Origin: Oligoflexales bacterium
GTDB taxonomy: Bacteria; Bdellovibrionota_B; Oligoflexia; Oligoflexales; CAIYRB01
Assembly: GCA_041736175.1 (NCBI GenBank)
Contig: JBGSUI010000032.1
Location: 1-17,984 of the forward strand
Reading direction: 5' to 3'
Length of the DNA stretch: 17,984 bases
The position numbers and the translations under genes are program-made. Each line of letters opens with the position of its first letter. The stretch's first letter is position 1. The notes under the pieces are model-generated. The model worked only from the letters and a program-made list of their open reading frames with translations. It searched no databases and was not told the origin of the DNA. Positions 1 through 9,299 of this stretch are shown here, in pieces.

Positions 1-139
1 CTGGGGGTCAAAACAGTTTAAAATGCTTTCTGGACTCCGCGGGAATATCCCCTACTATCCGAAAGATGGGGAGACTGATTTTAGGTCCAAATCCTAGGAT
101 AGGATTTAGGCTCGTACCCCCCCTATTTGGACACCCCAG
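1..139. mobile_element. Possible MITE/IS-end-like segment interrupting the ABC gene
   Basis: Bases 1-13 CTGGGGGTCAAAA versus the reverse complement of 126-139, CTGGGGTGTCCAAA (imperfect inverted repeat). ABC homology ends at this junction. Internal palindrome ATCCTAGGAT at 91-100. Confidence 0.35.
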
Positions 140-353
140 AGAGACACTTTACCAAAGTGGTTTTTCCCGCACCGTTGGATCCCATCAACCCTAGGATCTC
201 CCCTTGATCCACCTCCAGGTCAATCCCATCGAGTGCCCTCTTTTCCATGGATTTTTGGACAAAAAGACCTTTAAGAGATCCCTTCCACCCGCCAGATTTT
301 TCCGGTACCCTAAATGTTTTGGTGAGTTGTGAGACTGTTAACATTGGTGTCAC
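123..353 (-). pseudogene. ABC transporter ATP-binding protein (ABC-2/exporter type), N-terminal fragment only
   Basis: [10 protein letters not shown]...[34 protein letters not shown] is a typical ABC N-terminus with Walker A. It stops at TAG after 76 aa, and no Q-loop, signature or Walker B follows before the window edge. Start is GTG 353 or ATG 344. Confidence 0.8.
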
Positions 354-464
354 CTAAGTTTCTGTGCAAGCCTGACTATAAGTTCCCCTGGGAATTTAAC
401 CTTAAATGCCAACCCTTGGACACCAAAATGGACTCTCATTTTATTTTCCCTAGAAAGAACGACT

Positions 465-1214
465 ATGACGACCCTTCAAGATACAGCACCCATCCCAAAC
501 CTTCCCCTAGGCCAAGCCTTCCACACCATTGTCGAGCATAGACGCTCCATACGCATCTATGATGGGAATCCGCTCCCACCTGAAGTGATGGAACAATGCC
601 TGGAAGAAGCGATCTTGGCTCCAAGCTCCTCAAACCTACAGGTCTACCAACTCTACTGGGTCAAAAGCCCCCAACAAAAACAGGCTCTCGCCAAAGCCTG
701 CCTTGGCCAGCTCGCCGCCACCACAGCAGGCGACCTTGTGGTCGTTGCTGCCCGCCACGACAAATGGCAACAAAACCTTAAAAAATTGGTCGCCCTTATG
801 ACGGCGGAAGGTAAAGAGCTCCCTCCTTCCCTTAAGAAATACTACCTCAAACTCATCCCGACGCTGTACCGCAAAGACCCCTTTGGTGTGTTAAACCTCG
901 CGCGGCGGCTGATATTTACGGCTATTGGGTTTAAAAAACCCATCGTCCGGACTCCCGTCAACGATGGCGACCATAGGATTTGGGGGCATATCCAAGCCTC
1001 CCTTGTCGCCCAAACCTTGATGCTTGCCATCAGTGCCCGGGGTTATGACAGCTGCCCGATGGGCGGGTTTGATGAAACCTTAGTCAAAAAAATCCTAGGA
1101 CTCCCTAGGGCCGCCGAAATCACAATGGTCATTAGCGCCGGCACTCGAAAACCGGAAGGACTTTATGGTCCACGGCTTCGATTTGACAAACAAGATCTTA
1201 TTAGACAAATATAG
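465..1214 (+). CDS. Nitroreductase family protein (FMN-dependent oxidoreductase)
   Basis: Motifs HRRSIRIY, AILAPSSSNLQ, AQTLMLAISARGYDSCPMGGFD are characteristic of the nitroreductase fold. Confidence 0.92.
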   Translation: MTTLQDTAPIPNLPLGQAFHTIVEHRRSIRIYDGNPLPPEVMEQCLEEAILAPSSSNLQVYQLYWVKSPQQKQALAKACLGQLAATTAGDLVVVAARHDKWQQNLKKLVALMTAEGKELPPSLKKYYLKLIPTLYRKDPFGVLNLARRLIFTAIGFKKPIVRTPVNDGDHRIWGHIQASLVAQTLMLAISARGYDSCPMGGFDETLVKKILGLPRAAEITMVISAGTRKPEGLYGPRLRFDKQDLIRQI

Positions 1215-1321
1215 TATGTAGCAATTGACTTTTAATATTTCATCTACTTCAGACGATCGCGACGTCTAAAGCGATTGATAATACAGCACAAATTTCACCT
1301 AATTGCAATTTGAAATAAATC

Positions 1322-1349
1322 TCAAGTTTTTTCTGCTGGAAGCCGACAT
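1322..1349 (+). promoter_or_regulatory. Sigma-28 (FliA)-like promoter candidate upstream of vapBC
   Basis: TCAAGTTT-N12-GCCGACAT versus consensus TAAAGTTT-N11-GCCGATAA; spacer is one base too long. Confidence 0.3.
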
Positions 1350-1399
1350 ATAGAAAGGGTATTCTTCAAATATTAACTCCTTAAGGAGAGGTGTTTTTT

Positions 1400-1627
1400 A
1401 TGGCCCAACTCAACGTCGATGTGCCAGAAGAACTCGAAGTTAGAGTTCGCAATGAGGCATTGCGCCGAGGCCAGAGTGTTTCGGCTTTTATTGCTGATCT
1501 CATGCGCAAAGAAATTAGCGTAGATGAATGGCCTCCTGGTTTTTTCGAACTAGCTGGTAGCTGGGCTGGTGACTTTCCAGAGATTGAAGATCTCCCGCCT
1601 CAGGAGCGAGACGGGAACCTTTTGTGA
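1400..1627 (+). CDS. vapB: VapB-type antitoxin (ribbon-helix-helix-like N-terminus)
   Basis: MAQLNVDVPEEL...EALRRGQSVSAFIADLM (RHH-like), then WPPGFFELAGSW and an acidic tail. AGGAGAGG RBS before ATG 1400. Stop overlaps the vapC start (GTGA). Confidence 0.85.
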   Translation: MAQLNVDVPEELEVRVRNEALRRGQSVSAFIADLMRKEISVDEWPPGFFELAGSWAGDFPEIEDLPPQERDGNLL

Positions 1628-2019
1628 AACAGCTTCTTGACACTAATATCTGCATCGCCTTCCTGCATCGCAAAGAGCAATCTGTTATAGAGAAGCTCGC
1701 TCAAATAAAGCCCCACGATATGGTGCTATGCAGCATCGTAAAAGCGGAACTTCTCTTTGGCGCAAGGCGTAGCCAGCGCGTCACTGATAATCTGCAAATT
1801 CTCACACGTTTTTTTTCCAACTTTCAGTGCGTTCCATTTGACGATAAAGCGGCAGGCTTCTACGGCACCATCCGTGCTCATTTAGTTCGAGGTGGAACAC
1901 CGATTGGCACCAACGACCTGCTCATCGCCTCTATTGCACTTGGACACAATCTGGCTGTTGTAACTCGCAACACAAGCGAATTTACTCGCATCCCTGGCCT
2001 GCGGGTCGAAACCTGGTGA
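1624..2019 (+). CDS. vapC: VapC PIN-domain ribonuclease toxin
   Basis: LLDTNICI, KAELLFG, PIGTNDLLIASIAL, VVTRNTSEFTRIPGLRVETW are canonical VapC motifs; coupled to the upstream antitoxin. Confidence 0.95.
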   Translation: MKQLLDTNICIAFLHRKEQSVIEKLAQIKPHDMVLCSIVKAELLFGARRSQRVTDNLQILTRFFSNFQCVPFDDKAAGFYGTIRAHLVRGGTPIGTNDLLIASIALGHNLAVVTRNTSEFTRIPGLRVETW

Positions 2020-2048
2020 CAGCTTGGCGATCTTTATTCAGACCCGTC

Positions 2049-2777
2049 TTAACTTCTCAAGAGCCAGTTTATACTGGGAAGAGCCAATCCCAACACTATA
2101 AACGAGCCAAGGACGAGCAGCTCCCAAAGGGGGAGGACCTCTTCGATCAAAGTAAGCCGCGCCAAAAAAGCCGATCGTTGTTGGGACGCAAAATCCTTAA
2201 GGATCCGCTGCTTTTCTTTGGTGAGACTCACCCCCCAGGTAATTTCCTTAAGGGCACAGTCCTGAAGGGGCTGGAACCAAGCCGGGGTTTCTACGGCTTT
2301 TTTGTGGGAACTCCCATCACCAAAACCCAAATAACTTTCTAGCCATTGCAAACCCAGAGGGGTCCAGCTCTGGCGCCACAGCCAATGGCGCGGCATGGCG
2401 ATCATAAGAACTGAAAGACCCCAGAACCCAAGGAGCAAGGCTCCTTGGAGGTCGCTGCCCCAAAAGCCTGCGAGGTTAAGACCCTCGCCACTCCACAGGA
2501 GACCTACACGCACACTGCAGATGACAGCGAGGGTACCTAAGGCCCTAAAGTAGATCAGCGTCTTGAGCCGCTTTCTTTGGGAGAGTTCGGTTTTAGCGGC
2601 CAATAGCTGCTGCCACAACTCTTCGATGCCCTCCAAAACCGGGACTCCCTGATCCTGAGCCTTTTTTAAAACCCCATAAAGTCCAGCCTCCCCTTGGAGC
2701 ACCCCGTGAAACGGGTCGATGGCTCCTCCACGGAGAGATAGGAGTATTTTTTCGAGATCTTGAATCGCTGCTTTCAT
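2049..2777 (-). CDS. Hypothetical membrane protein (about 3 TM segments; weak resemblance to T2SS-F/TadB-TadC-like domains)
   Basis: 242-aa ORF starting immediately after the mqnA stop (TAA-TTG-ATG). Hydrophobic stretches LIYFRALGTLAVICSVRVGLLW, GALLLGFWGLSVLMIAM, LLVLGSFIVLGLALPSINWLL. Confidence 0.7.
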   Translation of the reverse strand: MKAAIQDLEKILLSLRGGAIDPFHGVLQGEAGLYGVLKKAQDQGVPVLEGIEELWQQLLAAKTELSQRKRLKTLIYFRALGTLAVICSVRVGLLWSGEGLNLAGFWGSDLQGALLLGFWGLSVLMIAMPRHWLWRQSWTPLGLQWLESYLGFGDGSSHKKAVETPAWFQPLQDCALKEITWGVSLTKEKQRILKDFASQQRSAFLARLTLIEEVLPLWELLVLGSFIVLGLALPSINWLLRS

Positions 2778-2780
2778 CAA

Positions 2781-3806
2781 TTACCTAGAGAGAGCCTGAA
2801 TCCCAAAGGTCTCCCACCGTGTCAGGTTGATGACTGCCTGGTGGTCCACCGCCTGTGGGGAGAGATTGCGCACGAGGGCTAAAAATAAGGCTAATCCCTT
2901 AAAGTGTTGGGGCGTCATCCGGTACTGGATCAGCTTCCAATAGGCTGGCAGGTCGATAGGGCGATTATTGACATCATTAAAAGGCGTTTCCGGAAGATAG
3001 TGGATCGGTTCGACCCGCATCCTTGCTTGGGCAATCTCGGCAGCCTCCATAAGTTTTTGTTGCCAGTAGGGACTCAAAGTCCGTTTATTCATCTGCCAAA
3101 CGGCAAAAACAAAAGGCAGATCTGTAAGATCTCGCCAGATTTCGCCAAAATCTAATACACCCCGAAAACTCGGGCGCTTTGCTAAGGCCTCGTCACCGAT
3201 AAGCAGCTCACAGGGGCGTCGCTCGGGAAAAGCTGTATTCAGGCTTCCAGAGCCTTGGGCCATACGAGCATCAAAGGCTCTTTCCCCAAACCACAAACGG
3301 TATAGCACTCGCAAGAGTGCCGCACTCGTTGCTGAGGCTGGAGTCAAGGCGATGGGAGGAGCTGCGTCTAGGGGTAGAGCTGGGAGGTCATCGGCTAACT
3401 TGAAAATAGCGTCCGCAGACTTGCGAACATCCCCATCCCAGCGATGCTGGGCCATCCTAAAAACCTCTTTGAGCATATGGTGGCGTTGGCGGATCACCTC
3501 CCAAATCCCCATATCCTCTAGATAAAAACTCAGATAAACACTCGACACAGGTCCATAGGTCGAGACGCCTAGAGGCATTGCGATATCCAGTTGGCTATTA
3601 CGCAAAAGACAGACGCTTGAACAGGGGGCGAGAGTCACCCTACCCTCGATTAACCACCGATTCACTTGGGTCGGTGGGCCTTTAAGAAACCGGACATCTG
3701 CCCCAAGGGTCCGCTCGACCTCTTTTTTTAAGGGAGCGAGGTTGAAATAAGGAATCCACCCGAGTTCCAACGGCGTCGTCGGATTGATACGAAAGTTTTG
3801 AGCCAT
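2781..3806 (-). CDS. mqnA: Chorismate dehydratase MqnA family (futalosine menaquinone pathway)
   Basis: Motifs LGWIPYFNLAPL, GPPTQVNRWL, GPVSSVYL, IALTPASATS, LLIGDEAL, DFGEIWRDLTDLPFVFAVW. ATG 3806 is preferred over GTG 3872 because an extended -10 overlaps the latter. Confidence 0.85.
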   Translation of the reverse strand: MAQNFRINPTTPLELGWIPYFNLAPLKKEVERTLGADVRFLKGPPTQVNRWLIEGRVTLAPCSSVCLLRNSQLDIAMPLGVSTYGPVSSVYLSFYLEDMGIWEVIRQRHHMLKEVFRMAQHRWDGDVRKSADAIFKLADDLPALPLDAAPPIALTPASATSAALLRVLYRLWFGERAFDARMAQGSGSLNTAFPERRPCELLIGDEALAKRPSFRGVLDFGEIWRDLTDLPFVFAVWQMNKRTLSPYWQQKLMEAAEIAQARMRVEPIHYLPETPFNDVNNRPIDLPAYWKLIQYRMTPQHFKGLALFLALVRNLSPQAVDHQAVINLTRWETFGIQALSR

Positions 3807-3862
3807 AAAATGCGCCCCTTGTCTTTCCCAGTCCCTGTGATAAGCGATGCCAAAAACACCGC

Positions 3863-3871
3863 ATTGTACCA
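3863..3871 (-). promoter_or_regulatory. Extended -10 promoter candidate for mqnA
   Basis: TGGTACAAT (TGn-TAnnnT) on the minus strand, about 57 nt upstream of ATG 3806 in an AT-rich gap; no good -35. Confidence 0.4.
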
Positions 3872-3952
3872 CAATTTATAAATAAGAAATGTTTTGTTTT
3901 GATCTAGCAAAGACACAGTCCTTACGGGCGATTATCGCAAACACACCTCCAA

Positions 3953-5236
3953 TCAAGTCTCCAAACAAGTCTCCATTGCCAGGAGGGTTTGCTCGATATC
4001 AGCTTTTGAATGGGCCAGGGATACAAACCCGGCTTCAAAGGCTGACGGTGCCAAATACACCCCACGATCAAGCATTTTCTGATGAAAATCTTTAAATCGC
4101 GCGCTATCGCATCCCTTAGCTTCTTCGAGGCTTCTGACCGGTTTACTATGGAAGAAAAAGCCAAACATTCCGCCTTGCCAGTCTGCGACGATAGGCACTC
4201 CGGTTTTGTGTGAGAGCGAGCGGATTCCCTGCCCTAACATCTCTGTTTTATCTGAGATTTCTTCCATCACGCCAGGTCGACTTAACACCTCTAGAGTCTT
4301 CCGACCACAGGCGACGGCCAGGGGATTGCCAGAGAGGGTCCCTGCTTGGTAGACCGGCCCTTGGGGGGCCACCATGGACATGATGTCTCGACGACCGCCA
4401 TAGACACCCAGCGGCATGCCCCCACCGGCAATTTTTCCAAGGGTGGTGAGGTCTGGCTTGATCTTGGAAAGCCCTTGGACTCCTTTTAGGGCCACACGAA
4501 ATCCCGTCATTACCTCATCAAAGATAAGGAGGGCTCCGTCCTTTTCGGTGATCGATCGCAGCTCTTCGAGAAAACCGGGCTCAGGTCTGATAAATCCAGC
4601 ATTGCCCACGATGGGCTCAAGGATGACAGCAGCAATCTCCCCAGGGTGGTTTCTAAATATTTCCCGGACCTCTTCCAGGTTGTTGTAAGACGCTACGAGG
4701 GTTCCTCGAGTGGCCCCTTGGGGCACTCCTGGACTATCGGGCAGCCCAAAGGTCAACGCCCCCGAACCCGCTTTGACTAGCAGCATGTCCGCGTGACCAT
4801 GGTAGCAACCTGCAAATTTGAGGATTTTTTCTCGTTTTGTGAAGGCGCGGGCCACTCTTAGGACTGCCATACAAGCTTCGGTCCCACTGGAGACCAGACG
4901 CATCATCTCCATGGACGGATAGAGGAGCTGGATAGCCTCTGCGAGAGAGGTCTCCCCCTCTGTCGGCGCCCCATAACTTAGCCCCTGACCCAGAGCTTCC
5001 CTGAGTGCCTCCAACACTTCCGGGTGTCCATGGCCGAGGATCATCGGACCCCAGCTCCCGATATAATCGATATAACGATTGCCATCTAAGTCATAGAGGT
5101 AACTTCCCTGAGCTTTTTTTATAAAAGGCGGAGTCCCGCCGACACCCCCAAAGGCCCTTACGGGAGAATTCACCCCACCTGGAAAAATCTTTGCCGCCTT
5201 TTCAAATGCTTTTCGGGAGAGTTCTATCGCTCGCAT
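3953..5236 (-). CDS. hemL: Glutamate-1-semialdehyde 2,1-aminomutase
   Basis: [57 protein letters not shown] (PLP Lys), [30 protein letters not shown] before ATG 5236; 427 aa. Confidence 0.97.
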   Translation of the reverse strand: MRAIELSRKAFEKAAKIFPGGVNSPVRAFGGVGGTPPFIKKAQGSYLYDLDGNRYIDYIGSWGPMILGHGHPEVLEALREALGQGLSYGAPTEGETSLAEAIQLLYPSMEMMRLVSSGTEACMAVLRVARAFTKREKILKFAGCYHGHADMLLVKAGSGALTFGLPDSPGVPQGATRGTLVASYNNLEEVREIFRNHPGEIAAVILEPIVGNAGFIRPEPGFLEELRSITEKDGALLIFDEVMTGFRVALKGVQGLSKIKPDLTTLGKIAGGGMPLGVYGGRRDIMSMVAPQGPVYQAGTLSGNPLAVACGRKTLEVLSRPGVMEEISDKTEMLGQGIRSLSHKTGVPIVADWQGGMFGFFFHSKPVRSLEEAKGCDSARFKDFHQKMLDRGVYLAPSAFEAGFVSLAHSKADIEQTLLAMETCLET

Positions 5237-5380
5237 GGTGCTAACCTCAATCTGGAGACGGGATTGTCCGCTCAACGCAGTCTGAGCATGCCGTGTGTTG
5301 CCTTGAGAATCAAGAGTGAGTCCGTGGACAAATGGTGGGCCTAAGTTTTGGGACCGTGATAGAGTCAGAGACCTTGGTCA

Positions 5381-6511
5381 TTGGAGCAATGTCAATTGAA
5401 AACTCTCCATCTAGCATGCGAAAAAACTTGGCGAGGCGGCGAAAACCAGCTACGCCTCTTGATCGAGGGCCTCACCAAGAGGGGCATCGAAAGCCACGTA
5501 GCCACCCTAGCGGGAACTCCCACCGCAACCAGGCTCGGGACCCTAGTCCCCACGGTGACCATCAGTCGTGCAGGCTACCATGGACCATCGGCTTACCAGC
5601 TCTCTCGCTATATCATCAAAAACAACATCACCATCCTCGACGCCCATACCAGCCAAACCCATAGCCTAGCACTTCTGATCAAGTGGTTTGTGCCTTCCGT
5701 TAAACTCGTCGTCCACCGCCGCGTCGATAATCCGATCAAATCAAACCCTCTGAGTCTTTGGAAATACCGGACTCCCCTGGTCGATCACTTTGTACCGATT
5801 TCTGACGCTATCAAACAAATCCTTGTGTCTTTAAAAATTCCAGAATCTAAGATCACCACCGTCAAAAGTGCCGTTGAGATCCCCCCTTACGATTCGTCCT
5901 TAAAAAAGGCTGCAAAAAATCACCTCGCCCAACGCTTTGGGGTTGATCCCAATCTGGTATTTCTTGGAAATGCATCGGCTTTGGATCGCCAAAAAGATCC
6001 CTCTACCTTGCTCGAAGCTAGCGGGAAGCTTAACCAAAAAAACATCCCCTTCCACTGTTTTTTGGCCGGTGATGGGCCGCTTGCGAGTCAGCTACGCCAG
6101 CAGATTCTCGACCTCGGACTCTCGGACCGAGTCACTCTTCTGGGATTTGAACACAATGTTCCTCAGTTTCTGTTGGGCCTTGATATACTCGCTTTTCCAT
6201 CGATCAACGAAGGACTTGGCACCGTCCTCTTGGACGCCCTCGCAGCCGGATGCGCTGTCGTGGCGACTGCGGTAGGGGGTATTCCCGAAATCATCGTCGA
6301 CCAAAAAACCGGACTTCTGGTACCACCCAAAAACTCCCTAAAGTTGGCCGAAGGCATCGAAAGATTGATCGTCAACGAAAGTCTTGCAGAGCGGCTGACT
6401 GCCGATGGTTTAAAACATATAAACGCCAACTTTTCCTTGGATTCTATGGTTGACGGCAACCTCAAAGTCTACCAACGCCTCGTTACAAACGATACATTGA
6501 CAACGGCGTGA
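5381..6511 (+). CDS. Glycosyltransferase family 4 (GT-B, RfaB-like)
   Basis: [53 protein letters not shown]. Start codon (TTG) is uncertain. Confidence 0.92.
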   Translation: MEQCQLKTLHLACEKTWRGGENQLRLLIEGLTKRGIESHVATLAGTPTATRLGTLVPTVTISRAGYHGPSAYQLSRYIIKNNITILDAHTSQTHSLALLIKWFVPSVKLVVHRRVDNPIKSNPLSLWKYRTPLVDHFVPISDAIKQILVSLKIPESKITTVKSAVEIPPYDSSLKKAAKNHLAQRFGVDPNLVFLGNASALDRQKDPSTLLEASGKLNQKNIPFHCFLAGDGPLASQLRQQILDLGLSDRVTLLGFEHNVPQFLLGLDILAFPSINEGLGTVLLDALAAGCAVVATAVGGIPEIIVDQKTGLLVPPKNSLKLAEGIERLIVNESLAERLTADGLKHINANFSLDSMVDGNLKVYQRLVTNDTLTTA

Positions 6512-6524
6512 ATGAGCTTAAGTT
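6497..6524 (+). promoter_or_regulatory. Sigma-70-type promoter candidate for clpB
   Basis: Perfect TTGACA (6497-6502), 16-nt spacer, TAAGTT (6519-6524); overlaps the 3' end of the GT4 gene. Confidence 0.45.
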
Positions 6525-6552
6525 TACTATAGGATACACCAAAGGAGGCCCT

Positions 6553-9156
6553 ATGGACATCAGCCGATTTACCCAAAAATCCCAACAAGCTCTGATGGAA
6601 GCACAAAAGATCGCCGTCGACCATGGACACCAAGAAGTCGACCTTGAGCATATGCTCTTGGCGCTTGTGTCCCAAGAAAATGGTCTTATTGGCCGGCTTT
6701 TGGAAAAGCAAGATATCATCCCTACCGATATCATCGAAGGTGCCCAGACGATCCTCACTCGAAAGCCTCGGGTTTCGGGTGCGGGCTATAGCCCAGACAA
6801 GCTCCTCGTCACCCAAAAACTCTCCCAGGCCTTTGTCGCCGCGGAGCGTGAGTCCCAAAGGCTTAAGGATGAGTATGTCTCCGTCGAGCATATCTTTTTG
6901 CAACTCATCGACGACAAGGGACCCGTGGGCCAGCTCCTCAAAGACCATGGCCTCAATCGCTCCGGGTTTCTCCAAGCCCTCACTGCCGTCCGCGGCAACC
7001 AGCGGGTGATGAGCGCTCACCCCGAAGACACCTACGAAGCCTTAAGTCGCTATGGGCGGGATTTGGTCAAATCCGCCCGGGATGGCAAACTAGATCCCGT
7101 TATCGGCCGGGACGAAGAGATTCGCCGCGTGATCCGCATCCTATCCCGCAAGACTAAAAACAATCCAGTGCTTATAGGCGAGCCCGGGGTGGGAAAAACC
7201 GCCATTGCGGAAGGGTTAGCCCATCGCATCGTCCGCGGTGACGTGCCCGAAGGACTCAAAGAAAAATCTGTTTATGCTCTTGATATGGGCTCGCTGATTG
7301 CCGGCGCCAAGTTTCGCGGGGAATTTGAAGAGCGCCTCAAAGCCGTCCTTAACGAAATCAAGCAGTCCAACGGCAAAGTCATCTTGTTTATTGACGAACT
7401 CCATACCATCGTCGGTGCTGGAAAAGCCGAAGGTGCGATGGATGCTGGCAACATGCTCAAACCGATGTTGGCCCGTGGCGAGCTGCATTGTATTGGAGCC
7501 ACGACTCTAGATGAGTACCGGCAATACATCGAAAAGGATCCAGCCCTCGAACGTCGCTTTCAACCCGTCCTCGTCGAACAACCAAGCGTCGAAGACACCA
7601 TTTCGATCCTACGGGGTCTCAAAGACCGCTTCGAAATCCACCATAGCGTGAAGATCGCCGACAACGCCCTCGTAGGTGCTGCGGTCTTATCGGACCGGTA
7701 TATTACAGAGCGGTTTTTGCCGGATAAGGCCATTGACCTTGTGGACGAGGCCTGCGCTAAGCTGCGCACGGAGATCGACAGCGTCCCTACGGAGCTGGAC
7801 CAGTCCCAGCGCAAGATGATGCGCCTTGAGATCGAAGAGGCGGCCCTTAAAAAAGAAAAAGATGCGGCCAGTAAAAACCGGCTTAAAGAACTGCAAGTGG
7901 AATTAGCCGATCTCAAGACCCTGGTGCAGACCCTGAAGACTCGCTACGAAAACGAAAAACAGTCCCTCCAGGGAGTCTCCCAGCTACGCCAACAGATCGA
8001 AGATATCAAGCGCGGCATCACCGATGCTGAGCAACGCTATGACTTAGAAAAAGCCGCAGAACTCCGCCATGGTAAACTCCCCCTCTTGACGGCAGACCTA
8101 GAGAAAGCCGAGAAAAAACTCGCTGACCGCCTTGGCAATGGACAGGGACAGCTCCTGAGCGAAGAAGTCAACGAAGAGGAGATCGCAAAGATTGTCAGCC
8201 AATGGACCGGGATCCCGGTGACTAAACTGGTAGAAGGCGAGCGAGACAAGCTCCTTCGTATGGAGGAGATCCTCCACCGCCATGTGGTCGGCCAGGATCA
8301 AGCGGTCAACAAAGTCAGCGACGCGGTGATCAGGTCCCGCGCGGGTATCCAAGATCCCCAGCGGCCTATCGGTTCGTTTATCTTTTTAGGTCCTACGGGG
8401 GTCGGTAAAACCGAGTTAGCCAAGACCCTCGCAGAGATCCTGTTTGATAGCCGCGATCATATCGTGCGCATCGATATGTCCGAGTATATGGAAAAACATT
8501 CCGTGTCCCGTCTGGTCGGTGCCCCTCCAGGCTATGTGGGTTATGACGAGGGTGGCCAGTTGACGGAAGCTGTGCGCCGACGTCCCTACGCGGTGGTTCT
8601 CTTTGATGAGATCGAAAAAGCCCACCCTGACGTCTTTAACCTACTCCTCCAGGTCCTCGATGATGGCCGTTTGACGGATAACCAAGGCCGCACCGTGAGT
8701 TTTAAAAACACGATTATCATCATGACCAGCAACGTGGGCGCCCATTATCTCATCGATCATATCGATGCTTCAGGCCAGATTACTAAGGGAGTGGAAGACC
8801 AAGTCTTAAAAGAACTAAGGGCCAACTTCAAGCCCGAGTTCCTTAATCGGGTAGACGACATTGTCATCTTTAAACCCCTTACCCTCAAGGAGATCGAACA
8901 GATCGTTGACCTCCTGCTGGTTAACCTCAAAAAACGTTTGCTAGACCGTCAGATCAATATCGAGCTGACCGACGAGGCTCGCACATTTATCGCCCAAGCA
9001 GCCTATGACCCTGCCTATGGGGCCCGTCCCTTAAAACGCTATCTACAGCGTGAGCTAGAGACGATCATCGGCAAAAAAATCATCGGAGGCCAACTCCCCT
9101 CGGGCACCACCCTCAAAGTGGCGGTCGACCAGGGTAAACTGACGGTAGGTCTTTGA
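6553..9156 (+). CDS. clpB: ATP-dependent chaperone ClpB
   Basis: Clp N-domain, NBD1 ([25 protein letters not shown]), long coiled-coil middle domain, NBD2 ([38 protein letters not shown]). AAGGAGG RBS before ATG 6553; 867 aa. Confidence 0.97.
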   Translation: MDISRFTQKSQQALMEAQKIAVDHGHQEVDLEHMLLALVSQENGLIGRLLEKQDIIPTDIIEGAQTILTRKPRVSGAGYSPDKLLVTQKLSQAFVAAERESQRLKDEYVSVEHIFLQLIDDKGPVGQLLKDHGLNRSGFLQALTAVRGNQRVMSAHPEDTYEALSRYGRDLVKSARDGKLDPVIGRDEEIRRVIRILSRKTKNNPVLIGEPGVGKTAIAEGLAHRIVRGDVPEGLKEKSVYALDMGSLIAGAKFRGEFEERLKAVLNEIKQSNGKVILFIDELHTIVGAGKAEGAMDAGNMLKPMLARGELHCIGATTLDEYRQYIEKDPALERRFQPVLVEQPSVEDTISILRGLKDRFEIHHSVKIADNALVGAAVLSDRYITERFLPDKAIDLVDEACAKLRTEIDSVPTELDQSQRKMMRLEIEEAALKKEKDAASKNRLKELQVELADLKTLVQTLKTRYENEKQSLQGVSQLRQQIEDIKRGITDAEQRYDLEKAAELRHGKLPLLTADLEKAEKKLADRLGNGQGQLLSEEVNEEEIAKIVSQWTGIPVTKLVEGERDKLLRMEEILHRHVVGQDQAVNKVSDAVIRSRAGIQDPQRPIGSFIFLGPTGVGKTELAKTLAEILFDSRDHIVRIDMSEYMEKHSVSRLVGAPPGYVGYDEGGQLTEAVRRRPYAVVLFDEIEKAHPDVFNLLLQVLDDGRLTDNQGRTVSFKNTIIIMTSNVGAHYLIDHIDASGQITKGVEDQVLKELRANFKPEFLNRVDDIVIFKPLTLKEIEQIVDLLLVNLKKRLLDRQINIELTDEARTFIAQAAYDPAYGARPLKRYLQRELETIIGKKIIGGQLPSGTTLKVAVDQGKLTVGL

Positions 9157-9191
9157 GATAGTTGCGGAGTGCTCTCCTAAAAAATGGAGTT

Positions 9192-9221
9192 CAAAGAAAG
9201 TGCCCCCTACCGAGGGGGCAC
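9192..9221 (-). terminator. Intrinsic terminator between the convergent clpB and fibre genes
   Basis: 9-bp stem GTGCCCCCT-ACCG-AGGGGGCAC (9200-9221), followed on the minus strand by TTTCTTTG; may also act for clpB. Confidence 0.8.
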
Positions 9222-9299
9222 CTAAAATTGAAGATTTTCTAACTTTTCCTAAAATTTGAACCTAACCTATATAACTGGAATATGGTCGCCAGTGTGTTA

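Noticed and set aside
6511..6532. AATGAGC-N8-ACTATAG upstream of clpB as an HspR (HAIR) operator
   Set aside because: Several mismatches to CTTGAGT-N7-ACTCAAG and wrong spacing; no CIRCE element seen either.
6508..6552. 15-aa N-terminal extension of ClpB in the ORF track
   Set aside because: A strong AAGGAGG precedes ATG 6553, and MDISRFT is the typical ClpB start.
2016..8625. Many 60-180 aa alternate-frame or antisense ORFs over the membrane protein gene, mqnA, hemL, GT4 and clpB
   Set aside because: They overlap well-supported genes and show no protein motifs.
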